A DNA stretch of 64,000 nt from an uncultured virus (IMG/VR IMGVR_UViG_3300043568_000079) (lineage: Duplodnaviria > Heunggongvirae > Uroviricota > Caudoviricetes). This document shows positions 9,163-17,266 of this stretch, piece by piece. The stretch is taken from positions 1-64,000 of the IMG/VR virus record IMGVR_UViG_3300043568_000079, one strand, 5' to 3'. Within the stretch, counting starts at the first letter, position 1, and every line of letters begins with the position of its first letter. The position numbers and the translations under genes were made by a program. A model generated the notes under the pieces. The model ran no database searches. It was not told the origin of the DNA and saw only the letters and a program-made list of their open reading frames with translations.

Positions 9163-9405
9163 ATGGCACAACCTGCCTACATTCAGAAAACTCTTCGTAT
9201 GAAACCCGAAGTTGAAAAGATCTTTGATGATCTCGATGCTTGGTTAGATCATTGCAGATTTAACCTCCTTCCTTATAACCCTTCAGACTTGTATAGGTCA
9301 CAGGAATACAGGTATTTTTCTCGTCCTCCTTATCAGGGCGATCGTAAAAACTACCGCAAGGATTATAAGCCTAGAGGCCAAAACAATGACAATTTTTCTC
9401 GTTGA
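9163..9405 (+). CDS. Hypothetical protein
   Basis: 80 aa in operon. Confidence 0.6.
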   Translation: MAQPAYIQKTLRMKPEVEKIFDDLDAWLDHCRFNLLPYNPSDLYRSQEYRYFSRPPYQGDRKNYRKDYKPRGQNNDNFSR

Positions 9406-10459
9406 TTTAGAATCTGTCGAGACAAGGTATACGGGTCAATGGAAGACTCATGTACCTGATCTACTTAAAAAGGCAGGACACAATGTTCAAATTATCTCTG
9501 GTCCCACAGATATTCCTAGTGCTACTACCCCTGGGGCTTTTCTTAATTTTGGCGGCACAAACATCTACAAAGCTCGGCAGGTTGAGCAGATGGGTCGGCT
9601 ATTTTGCGACGGAGCCGTTCATGCAGGTGATCATTTTATATTTACTGATGCTTGGCACCCTGGTATCATCAATCTCAAGTATATGAGTGAGTTGCTGGGT
9701 ATTCCAGTAACAACACATGGACTATGGCACGCCGGTAGTTATGACCCTCAAGACTTCCTAGGTCGTCTTGTTGGCAACAGGCCCTGGGTTAGACACGCCG
9801 AAAAGAGTTTCTTCCACGCATTTGATCACAACTATTTTGCAACAAAATTTCATATTGAAATGTTTATGGAAAATTTGTTAGGTATTGATTTCCGAACAGG
9901 TTCTATGCGTTATATGCAGGACAAGCAAATTGTTCGTACAGGGTGGCCCATGGAATATATGGCTGATACCTTAGAGAACTATAACACCAGTTCCAAGCAT
10001 GATCTTATCTTGTTCCCACATCGTATTGCTCCAGAGAAACAGGTTGAAATTTTCCGTGACTTGGCTACACACTTACCACAATATGAATTTATTGTGTGTC
10101 AAGATACGCAGTTGGACAAGCATGAATATCACAAGTTGCTAGGTCGTGCTAAGATTATTTTCAGTGCAAATTTGCAAGAGACACTGGGTATTAGTTGCTA
10201 CGAAGGTGCATTAGTAGATGCTATACCTATGGTGCCGGATAGATTAAGTTATAGTGAAATGTATTATGAAGGATTCAAATATCCTAGTGAGTGGACTAAG
10301 GACTGGAACAGTTACCTAGCACATAGACAAGAATTATGTCATCACATTATTGTTACTATGTCTCATTATGACAAGCGGGTGCCGCAGGTTCGCAAGCAGG
10401 CAGCTGATTTAACAGAACTATTCTTTAGTGCAAATAAATTACTGGAGATGATCAAATGA
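9386..10459 (+). CDS. GT-B (family 4/group 1-like) glycosyltransferase
   Basis: FPHRIAPEKQ and SANLQETLGISCYEG...PMVPD match the GT-B nucleotide-sugar-binding Ex7E motif. Confidence 0.85.
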   Translation: MTIFLVDLESVETRYTGQWKTHVPDLLKKAGHNVQIISGPTDIPSATTPGAFLNFGGTNIYKARQVEQMGRLFCDGAVHAGDHFIFTDAWHPGIINLKYMSELLGIPVTTHGLWHAGSYDPQDFLGRLVGNRPWVRHAEKSFFHAFDHNYFATKFHIEMFMENLLGIDFRTGSMRYMQDKQIVRTGWPMEYMADTLENYNTSSKHDLILFPHRIAPEKQVEIFRDLATHLPQYEFIVCQDTQLDKHEYHKLLGRAKIIFSANLQETLGISCYEGALVDAIPMVPDRLSYSEMYYEGFKYPSEWTKDWNSYLAHRQELCHHIIVTMSHYDKRVPQVRKQAADLTELFFSANKLLEMIK

Positions 10460-10914
10460 AATGGTTTCTAAACTTTTTAGAACGTGTTGGTCGCAAAAGA
10501 ATTGTAATGGATAGACAAAATAATGAACCTTACCTCGAACGCTACTACATTTTTCTTAAAGACAGAAAGCATTTCCCCTTTAATGTGTTCATTCACAAGT
10601 TTCTTAAGTCAGACCCCGATGATGTACATGATCATCCATGGTCTTACGCTACACTTATCTTAAAAGGCGGTTATTATGAATGGACTCCTAACTTTGATTC
10701 ACAAGGTGCCAAGATCAGTGAAACACGGCATTGGCGTGGTCCTGGGCACTGCCGTATTTGCCCTGCTAATAGCTATCACCGTGTTGAGCTTAAAGAAGGA
10801 ACAGACTGTTGGACAATGTTCATGCCTGGTCCACAAAAACGAGAATGGGGTTTTCTTGTAAAGAATAAGTGGATCCATAATACAGAATATCTAGAAGAAA
10901 AGGCAGTAAAATGA
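10456..10914 (+). CDS. Cupin-fold metalloprotein (possible dioxygenase/hydroxylase)
   Basis: HDHPW...LKGGYYE and YHRVEL...WTMF fit cupin metal-binding motifs 1 and 2. Confidence 0.7.
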   Translation: MKWFLNFLERVGRKRIVMDRQNNEPYLERYYIFLKDRKHFPFNVFIHKFLKSDPDDVHDHPWSYATLILKGGYYEWTPNFDSQGAKISETRHWRGPGHCRICPANSYHRVELKEGTDCWTMFMPGPQKREWGFLVKNKWIHNTEYLEEKAVK

Positions 10915-11087
10915 AAATTGGAAGTGTCTGGCAATCGGCTGATAGAACAACATTTATTATCAAAAATATAGAAATTATCAACGAGCAAACTTGGATCTTT
11001 TATGTAAACTCAAAGACACAACAAAAATACTCATGCCTAAAAGATGCATTTACTAGCAGATTCCAAGAACAACTCAATAACGGATAA
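10911..11087 (+). CDS. Small hypothetical protein (below the ORF-track cutoff)
   Basis: 58 aa MKIGSVWQS...YSCLKDAFTSRF; ATGA overlap; fills the gap exactly. Confidence 0.6.
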   Translation: MKIGSVWQSADRTTFIIKNIEIINEQTWIFYVNSKTQQKYSCLKDAFTSRFQEQLNNG

Positions 11088-11092
11088 TATAA

Positions 11093-11368
11093 ATGAACAG
11101 TCAAACTAAAGAAGTGATGGACATTCTACAAGAAGAATGTGCTGAAGTAATTCAAGCAGTAAGTAAGATTAGTCGATTCGGTATTGACAACTTCAAGCCA
11201 GGTAAGTCCAAAACTAATCGAGAACACCTTGAAGAAGAATTAGGCGATATGTTAGCAATGATCGATATTATGTTGGAAAAGAATGTAATATCGTTAGAGC
11301 ACTTAGAAGTTGCAAAAGCTGCTAAGATTGAAAAATTAAAACAATGGTCTAATATTTTTAATACTTAA
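11093..11368 (+). CDS. MazG-like nucleotide pyrophosphohydrolase
   Basis: ILQEECAEVIQA...LEEELGDML (ExxE...EExGD) motifs. Confidence 0.85.
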   Translation: MNSQTKEVMDILQEECAEVIQAVSKISRFGIDNFKPGKSKTNREHLEEELGDMLAMIDIMLEKNVISLEHLEVAKAAKIEKLKQWSNIFNT

Positions 11369-12216
11369 AATTTTGTTATAAGTTGATCTGCGGACGAAAT
11401 GCAGGCTTGCATTTTACAAATTTGAGGAGTAGATGGTAGTTCTAAACTACCATCAAATATATTTCCCAAAGGCGAATTATTACAATCGCTTCCTCGGACC
11501 CAACCTTCTCCACTTATATTAATTCTTTCTATACCTGTATTACATAGTTTGCCTGTAAAGACAGGATTAGACTGCACACTCTCTGCAGATCTTTCTTCAA
11601 AAGTTTTGTTAACACTGACATGATTGTTTAAAACCCATTCTTCCCCAAACAAATATATCAACTGGTCTTTGGTATAGTTTAATCTTCCTAGATAGTTGCT
11701 AGCCTGTACATATAATAATTCTTTTCCAACTTTAATTCCTAGTGAAGATTCGAGCTCATCTATGCGGTTAAGATCTTCATCAAAAAAATCAGGTCGAATA
11801 GGAACACCTAAATGAAATGGTTTATATTTTTTTTGAAATGCTTTTACAATAAATTTAATAAGATTTAAATTTTGCCAAGAGTGGCATGTAAGATTTAAAA
11901 AATCTACATGAGGTTCTATAGCCCACCAATCCATCCAAAGTTTTCCTCCGGCAGTATGTAGTGTAGTATTTCCGCCATTTTCTTTACATAGTTTTAACAG
12001 TGCAGGGAAATCAAAAAATTCCAACGGATCGCCACCATTAAATATCCAGTCAATATGTCTTCCTAATTTTTTATCATAATGGTCTATAAATGTGTTTGCT
12101 ACTGCTAGATATTCATCTACGTGTCTAGGTTTGTCACCTCCCCAAAATGTTTTTGGACAATATTCGCAGCCGCCTGTGCAATAATTATGTATCTGCCAGA
12201 TTACTACTGTTTTCAT
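11365..12216 (-). CDS. Radical SAM enzyme with C-terminal SPASM/twitch-like Cys cluster
   Basis: CTGGCEYC (CxxxCxxC), FNGGDP, C-terminal CNTG...SDC...LGNI...C...C. Confidence 0.85.
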   Translation of the reverse strand: MKTVVIWQIHNYCTGGCEYCPKTFWGGDKPRHVDEYLAVANTFIDHYDKKLGRHIDWIFNGGDPLEFFDFPALLKLCKENGGNTTLHTAGGKLWMDWWAIEPHVDFLNLTCHSWQNLNLIKFIVKAFQKKYKPFHLGVPIRPDFFDEDLNRIDELESSLGIKVGKELLYVQASNYLGRLNYTKDQLIYLFGEEWVLNNHVSVNKTFEERSAESVQSNPVFTGKLCNTGIERINISGEGWVRGSDCNNSPLGNIFDGSLELPSTPQICKMQACISSADQLITKF

Positions 12217-12234
12217 TTATTTTTACCTTTATAG

Positions 12235-12262
12235 TTGACACGCCTAAATAATAATGTATAAT
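12235..12262 (+). promoter_or_regulatory. Consensus sigma70 promoter for queE
   Basis: TTGACA (12235-12240), 16 bp, TATAAT (12257-12262); CTAAATA lies in the spacer. Confidence 0.7.
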
Positions 12263-12292
12263 TACTTATCACCTCTCTTAAAGGTCTATTAA

Positions 12293-13141
12293 ATGAGCAA
12301 AATTAAAGTATCCGAACTATTCTATTCAATCCAAGGAGAAGGGCGTTATATGGGCGTCCCTTCTGTATTCTTACGTACATATGGCTGCAACTTTACCTGT
12401 CAAGGTTTTGGTATGCCACGCGGTGAACTGAGCGCAGAAGCAGATAAAATTGCAGAACGTGCTGTTGAATTTGCAGAATACAAATCACTTCCGCTAGTTA
12501 GCACAGGCTGCGACAGTTATGCAAGTTGGCATCCTGCATTTAAAGACCTAAGCCCGATGATCGAAACTGAAGGTCTTGCTAAGGCTGTAGTTGATACATT
12601 GCCGTTTAAAGAATGGCGTGACGAACATCTTGTTATCACGGGTGGTGAGCCGTTGTTGGGGTGGCAAAAGGCCTATCCAGATTTGCTGAATCAACCTTGC
12701 ATGAAAGGTCTTAAAGAAATTACTTTTGAAACTAACGGTACAATGCGTTTAACTGAAAAGTTTAAAGAATATCTAACAGACTGGACATTCGGCGGAGATG
12801 ATAGAGAGATTACATTTAGCGTAAGTGCTAAACTGCCGGCAAGCGGCGAGCCCTGGAAAGATGCTATTAAACCCAAAGTTGTTTGCGACTATGAGAATTA
12901 TGGAACAGCATATTTGAAGTTTGTTGTAGAAACAGAACAAGATATCGAAGATGCACTAAGGGCTACAGAAGAATTCCGCGCTGAAGGATTTACTGGCCAT
13001 GTATATTTGATGCCGGTAGGTGGAGTAGAGAGTGTTTACGCATTAAATAATAAAACAGTAGCAATAGCCGCTATGAAAAACGGACTCCGTTATAGCGATA
13101 GATTGCAAGTTCCATTGTTTAAGAACGAATGGGGTACTTGA
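12293..13141 (+). CDS. queE: 7-carboxy-7-deazaguanine synthase QueE
   Basis: ELFYSIQGEG, VFLRTYGCNFTC...GCDS, VITGGEP, FETNG, SxK, YLMP, RLQV motifs. Confidence 0.9.
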   Translation: MSKIKVSELFYSIQGEGRYMGVPSVFLRTYGCNFTCQGFGMPRGELSAEADKIAERAVEFAEYKSLPLVSTGCDSYASWHPAFKDLSPMIETEGLAKAVVDTLPFKEWRDEHLVITGGEPLLGWQKAYPDLLNQPCMKGLKEITFETNGTMRLTEKFKEYLTDWTFGGDDREITFSVSAKLPASGEPWKDAIKPKVVCDYENYGTAYLKFVVETEQDIEDALRATEEFRAEGFTGHVYLMPVGGVESVYALNNKTVAIAAMKNGLRYSDRLQVPLFKNEWGT

Positions 13142-13142
13142 T

Positions 13143-13610
13143 ATGAACAAATTTATTAAAAAACTTTTTGGCATTGATAAGATCGAAAAAGCTATTTCCG
13201 ATGCCGAGACTAGAATGAGTCAAGCAGTAGACGAAACGGCGGCTCAACAAAGAGAAGCGGAACGAGCAAGACAGGCAGCAGTACAAGCACAAGAAGAAGA
13301 AAGACTTGCGAAGCTTGGACCAAAGGCGCTTGCTACTGAAAAAAAAGAACCTTGGGTGGCGGTACTGGATACTCATGTAAACAAGGACAATATCCGCAAT
13401 GGTTTTTTTGAGCTTGACTGGAATGAATACTTTGTGTTACAGTTAAAAGAAGCTGGTTACAAAGGCGAAACAGAAGAGGCAGTTGTTGATCAGTGGTTCC
13501 AAGAACTTTGCAAAGGTGTTGGGTCAGAATCTGGCGTTGACATGGATCGTAGAGGTAGTGGATTTATTAACGTAAACAATTTAGGCGACGGTAAGTCGGA
13601 AGTATTTTAA
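13143..13610 (+). CDS. Hypothetical protein
   Basis: 155 aa; coiled-coil N-terminus followed by a GFFELDWN domain. Confidence 0.7.
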   Translation: MNKFIKKLFGIDKIEKAISDAETRMSQAVDETAAQQREAERARQAAVQAQEEERLAKLGPKALATEKKEPWVAVLDTHVNKDNIRNGFFELDWNEYFVLQLKEAGYKGETEEAVVDQWFQELCKGVGSESGVDMDRRGSGFINVNNLGDGKSEVF

Positions 13611-14602
13611 TGTCAAAAACATATATCCTTGTGGATACAGCAAACACGTTCTTTCGGGCACGTCACGTAGTTCGTGGCAGCATCGAAGACAAAGTAGGTA
13701 TGAGTATCTCTACTGTATTGAGCAGTGTTCGCAAGGCGTGGCGAGAATTTAATGGTAACCATGTTATCTTTTTCTTAGAGGGGCGTAGCTGGCGCAAGGA
13801 CTATTATGCTCCCTATAAGCGGCAGCGTACAGAAGCCCGGGCAGCTCAGAGTCCACGCGAACAAGAAGAGGATCGAGTGTTTTGGGAAACGTTTGATCAG
13901 TTTAAAGATTTTGTTACCAACAAGACTAATTGTACTGTTTTACAACATCCGCAGCTCGAAGCTGATGATTTAATTGCAGGCTGGATTCAAAGTCATCCAG
14001 CTGACAGCCATGTGATTATTTCGACAGACGGCGACTTCGCACAATTAATTGCACCAAATGTAAAACAGTATAACGGAGTAATGCAAGTTACTACAACGCA
14101 CCAGGGCTACTTTGATGAAAAAGGTAAACGTGTAATCGACAAGAAAACACTGTTGCCGAAACCCGAACCTGATCCTATTTGGTTGTTGTTTGAAAAATGT
14201 ATGCGTGGCGATACAAGCGACAACATCTTCAGTGCATATCCCGGTGTCCGTGAAAAGGGTACAAAGAACAAAATTGGACTTCGTGAAGCATTTGCAGACC
14301 GCGATAGCAAAGGCTACAATTGGAACAATATGATGTTGCAGAAGTGGACTGATCACGAAGGTGTCGAGCATCGTGTATTGGATGATTATAATCGAAATGT
14401 AGTGTTGTGCGATCTTACCGCACAGCCCAATAATATTAAGTTGTTAATTACAGAAACAATCACTGGTGCAACCACTGCAAATAAGAATATTCCACAAGTC
14501 GGTGTACGACTATTAAAATACTGTGCAGAATACGATCTGCCTAAGATTGGCGAGCAGGTTACTAGTTATGCAGAACCTCTTAATGCTCGTTACTCAGCAT
14601 GA
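13610..14602 (+). CDS. rnh: 5'-3' exonuclease / RNase H (T4 rnh, FEN-like)
   Basis: ILVD, WRK..Y..YK..R, LEADDLIA, ISTDGDFAQL, GDTSDNI motifs. Confidence 0.92.
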   Translation: MSKTYILVDTANTFFRARHVVRGSIEDKVGMSISTVLSSVRKAWREFNGNHVIFFLEGRSWRKDYYAPYKRQRTEARAAQSPREQEEDRVFWETFDQFKDFVTNKTNCTVLQHPQLEADDLIAGWIQSHPADSHVIISTDGDFAQLIAPNVKQYNGVMQVTTTHQGYFDEKGKRVIDKKTLLPKPEPDPIWLLFEKCMRGDTSDNIFSAYPGVREKGTKNKIGLREAFADRDSKGYNWNNMMLQKWTDHEGVEHRVLDDYNRNVVLCDLTAQPNNIKLLITETITGATTANKNIPQVGVRLLKYCAEYDLPKIGEQVTSYAEPLNARYSA

Positions 14603-14622
14603 ATATCAGCAAGGAAGATAAT

Positions 14623-15096
14623 ATGAATGTAATTTCAAAAGTATTAGTACCAAATAAAGAATGGCTTATTAAGGACGAAGACAAAAAAATAGGGTCCATT
14701 GCTAAACATAAAAAAGGTTACGAATTTTTACGCAAAGGACAAAAGTTTGAATTTAAAAATTTAGATGAACTTAAACAAGAGTTAGGAATTACCTTAAGTG
14801 ATTCTGTTAAAAAATCTAACGAACCAGAATCTGTAACATTTTCCATATATGATTATCCTTGCGGATCTAAACCATACGATCCTATGTATAACGTAAAGAA
14901 AAAGTTACCGTTATTTGCTAAAAGTGATAAAAGTAAAAGTCAATATTGTGCAGGTTACTATGTTATTAAATTCCGTAAAGGGTGGGTTAAAAGTTTTTGT
15001 CCTAAATTAATTACTCTTGAAAGGTATCCCTTTCATGGGCCTTACAAAACAGAATCCGAAATGAAAGCTGCACTAAACACAGTTAACAAACAATGA
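14623..15096 (+). CDS. Hypothetical protein
   Basis: ORF with AAGGA before ATG 14623; YCAGYY and SFCPKLITL segments. Confidence 0.7.
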   Translation: MNVISKVLVPNKEWLIKDEDKKIGSIAKHKKGYEFLRKGQKFEFKNLDELKQELGITLSDSVKKSNEPESVTFSIYDYPCGSKPYDPMYNVKKKLPLFAKSDKSKSQYCAGYYVIKFRKGWVKSFCPKLITLERYPFHGPYKTESEMKAALNTVNKQ

Positions 15097-15314
15097 AACA
15101 ACTCAATACATTACCGATTGAAGACTTTTTAAATAAAGCTAGAATTGCAATTAAAAGTAATCAAAATTCAGTTACTTTAAGCATAAAAGAGGTTACAGAT
15201 TTGCAAAATAGTCTTAGTATTGTAATGACTAGGCTTGCAGGCGAGTTAGATGTAATAGCAAAAAATCAAAATAATGATGTAATCCAGATTAAAATGGATG
15301 GTGGTAAATTTTAA
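15093..15314 (+). CDS. Hypothetical protein
   Basis: 73 aa, ATGA overlap, ends in MDGGKF. Confidence 0.65.
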   Translation: MKQLNTLPIEDFLNKARIAIKSNQNSVTLSIKEVTDLQNSLSIVMTRLAGELDVIAKNQNNDVIQIKMDGGKF

Positions 15315-15322
15315 ATACCCTG

Positions 15323-15358
15323 CTAAATATATACGCACTTTTCGGAGACGTATGTATG
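15323..15358 (+). promoter_or_regulatory. Late-type promoter (CTAAATA) overlapping a hairpin that sequesters the SD and ATG
   Basis: ATATATACG (15327-15335) pairs with CGTATGTAT (15349-15357); inner CTT-TTCG-GAG holds the SD. Confidence 0.6.
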
Positions 15359-15655
15359 AGCAGACCAAAACCAAATATTTTATTAGAGATTACAAATAAA
15401 AAGAATTACAAAACTGATCAGGTTTTGGAAGCTGATGCTATCTGGGCTGTATTCTACAAAGACAAACCTATCAATTTAAAAACCAGCAGTGTAGTAGCAC
15501 AACAACTAGGTCCAAAGTATAAAAAAGTAAGTTTTTCAAATAGTGGACATGCGTTTAATCTATCCGAAAAACTAAACAAAACTTTCAATACAACAGACTT
15601 TTCCGTGTATAAGTTGACTACCGGAGAAAAAGTCGAAAATGAATCCGAAGCATGA
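15356..15655 (+). CDS. Hypothetical protein
   Basis: 99 aa; MSRPKP...YKKVSFSNSGHA. Confidence 0.7.
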   Translation: MSRPKPNILLEITNKKNYKTDQVLEADAIWAVFYKDKPINLKTSSVVAQQLGPKYKKVSFSNSGHAFNLSEKLNKTFNTTDFSVYKLTTGEKVENESEA

Positions 15656-16028
15656 AATAACCAAAGCTGTCCTGGAGTCATTAGGATTGCCCGCCGACGA
15701 ACAAAGGATCAAAAAAACTATTCCTACCTGGTGGGTTAACACCAGAAACAAGCTCAAAGGTGGGCTACGCCTAACTGAGCAAGGGTTCGAATGTCTCCAG
15801 AAAGCAGATATTAAATGTTATGAGATAAAATTTGAAGAACCCATTTTATTCACTAATGAATTAGCCATTTGGATAGATCAAAATATTGATTGCCCGTTTT
15901 ACTTAACTGCTCGAAAAATATGGGTTTTTGGTGAGAAAACCGCAGTACAATTAGTGTTGTTTTCTGGCAACATAGCTAAATTTCATAGAGCCCAAAAAAG
16001 ATTTACAGAAAAACAGAAAACATCTTGA
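15639..16028 (+). CDS. Hypothetical protein
   Basis: 129 aa; WWVN...GGLRLTEQG. Confidence 0.7.
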   Translation: MNPKHEITKAVLESLGLPADEQRIKKTIPTWWVNTRNKLKGGLRLTEQGFECLQKADIKCYEIKFEEPILFTNELAIWIDQNIDCPFYLTARKIWVFGEKTAVQLVLFSGNIAKFHRAQKRFTEKQKTS

Positions 16029-16053
16029 CAAGACCGCAGATCTTTGCTACAAT
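16025..16053 (+). promoter_or_regulatory. Sigma70-type promoter
   Basis: TTGACA (16025-16030), 17 bp with extended TG, TACAAT (16048-16053). Confidence 0.7.
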
Positions 16054-16103
16054 AGTGACACTGTAAACAATTTACTTTAACAGTTTTTTAAAGAAAGCGC
16101 ACT

Positions 16104-17186
16104 ATGTCAAAAGAAATTTCCGCAAATCGCACAGTTGGTCCAAACGAAGCTAAGGCAGCTATCCGTAAATGCTTGAAAAAGCAACGTCCGGTTTTTATGT
16201 GGGGTCCCCCCGGTATTGGTAAATCCGATATTGTTAAACAACTAGGCGATGAGTCAGATCGCGAAGTCATCGACGTTCGTTTGAGTTTATGGGAACCTAC
16301 TGACATTAAAGGTATTCCGTATTACAATTCTACTTCCAATACAATGACTTGGGCACCTCCTGCAGAACTGCCTACAGATCCAGAGTCTACTGCTATTCTG
16401 TTTTTGGATGAATTGAACTCTGCGGCTCCTGCTACACAGGCAGCGGCTTTCCAGTTAGTATTGAATCGTCGTGTTGGTACTTATCAATTGCCAAAAGGTG
16501 TTAGCATTGTTGCCGCAGGTAACCGTGAAACTGACAAGGGTGTTACTTATCGTATGCCTGCTCCGTTGGCTAACCGTTTCCTGCATTTGGAACTCCGTAC
16601 AGATTTTGAAGACTGGCATCAGTGGGCAGTTAACAATAGAATTCACGAACAGGTTGTCGGTTATATTGGTTTTGCCAAGCAGGACTTGTATGACTTTGAT
16701 CCAAAGTCTAGCTCACGCTCATTTGCTACTCCTCGCTCGTGGTCATTTGTATCCGAATTGTTGGAGGAAGATGATGTTCCAGAAAACACATTAACTGATT
16801 TGATTGCAGGTGCTATCGGTGAGGGCCTTGCTGTTAAATTTATGGCACACCGCAAGGTTGCTAAACAGATGCCGAAACCAGAAGATATCTTAGCAGGTAA
16901 GATTAAGAAATCGGATATCAAAGAAATCTCTGCTATGTATTCGTTGACTATTAGCCTGTGCTACGAGCTCCAAGAAGCTGATAAAAAGAAAGCTAAGAAC
17001 TGGGATGAAATGGCAGACAACTTCTTTGGATTCATGATGGATAACTTCCCAACTGAATTAGTTGTTATGGGTGCAAAGGTTGCGTTGACTAACTATCAAC
17101 TGCCGTTTGATGCTAGCAAATTGAAGAACTTTGACAAGTTCCACGATAAGTACGGCAAGTACATTATCCAGGCAATGGAAGGTTAA
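16104..17186 (+). CDS. MoxR/dynein-related AAA+ ATPase
   Basis: Walker A GPPGIGKS, Walker B LFLDE, AAGN, PLANRF, TPRSW. Confidence 0.92.
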   Translation: MSKEISANRTVGPNEAKAAIRKCLKKQRPVFMWGPPGIGKSDIVKQLGDESDREVIDVRLSLWEPTDIKGIPYYNSTSNTMTWAPPAELPTDPESTAILFLDELNSAAPATQAAAFQLVLNRRVGTYQLPKGVSIVAAGNRETDKGVTYRMPAPLANRFLHLELRTDFEDWHQWAVNNRIHEQVVGYIGFAKQDLYDFDPKSSSRSFATPRSWSFVSELLEEDDVPENTLTDLIAGAIGEGLAVKFMAHRKVAKQMPKPEDILAGKIKKSDIKEISAMYSLTISLCYELQEADKKKAKNWDEMADNFFGFMMDNFPTELVVMGAKVALTNYQLPFDASKLKNFDKFHDKYGKYIIQAMEG

Positions 17187-17190
17187 AATT

Positions 17191-17209
17191 GGCCCTTAGG
17201 GGCCTTTTT
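17191..17209 (+). terminator. Rho-independent terminator
   Basis: GGCCC-TTAG-GGGCC followed by TTTTT, just after the AAA gene stop. Confidence 0.75.
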
Positions 17210-17211
17210 AC

Positions 17212-17240
17212 TTGCTCTTTTGATAAATTGAATGTATAAT
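17212..17240 (+). promoter_or_regulatory. Sigma70-type promoter
   Basis: TTGCTC (17212-17217), 17 bp, TATAAT (17235-17240); SD AGGAG before ATG 17267. Confidence 0.6.
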
Positions 17241-17266
17241 AGTACTATCGCAACTAGGAGTAATAA

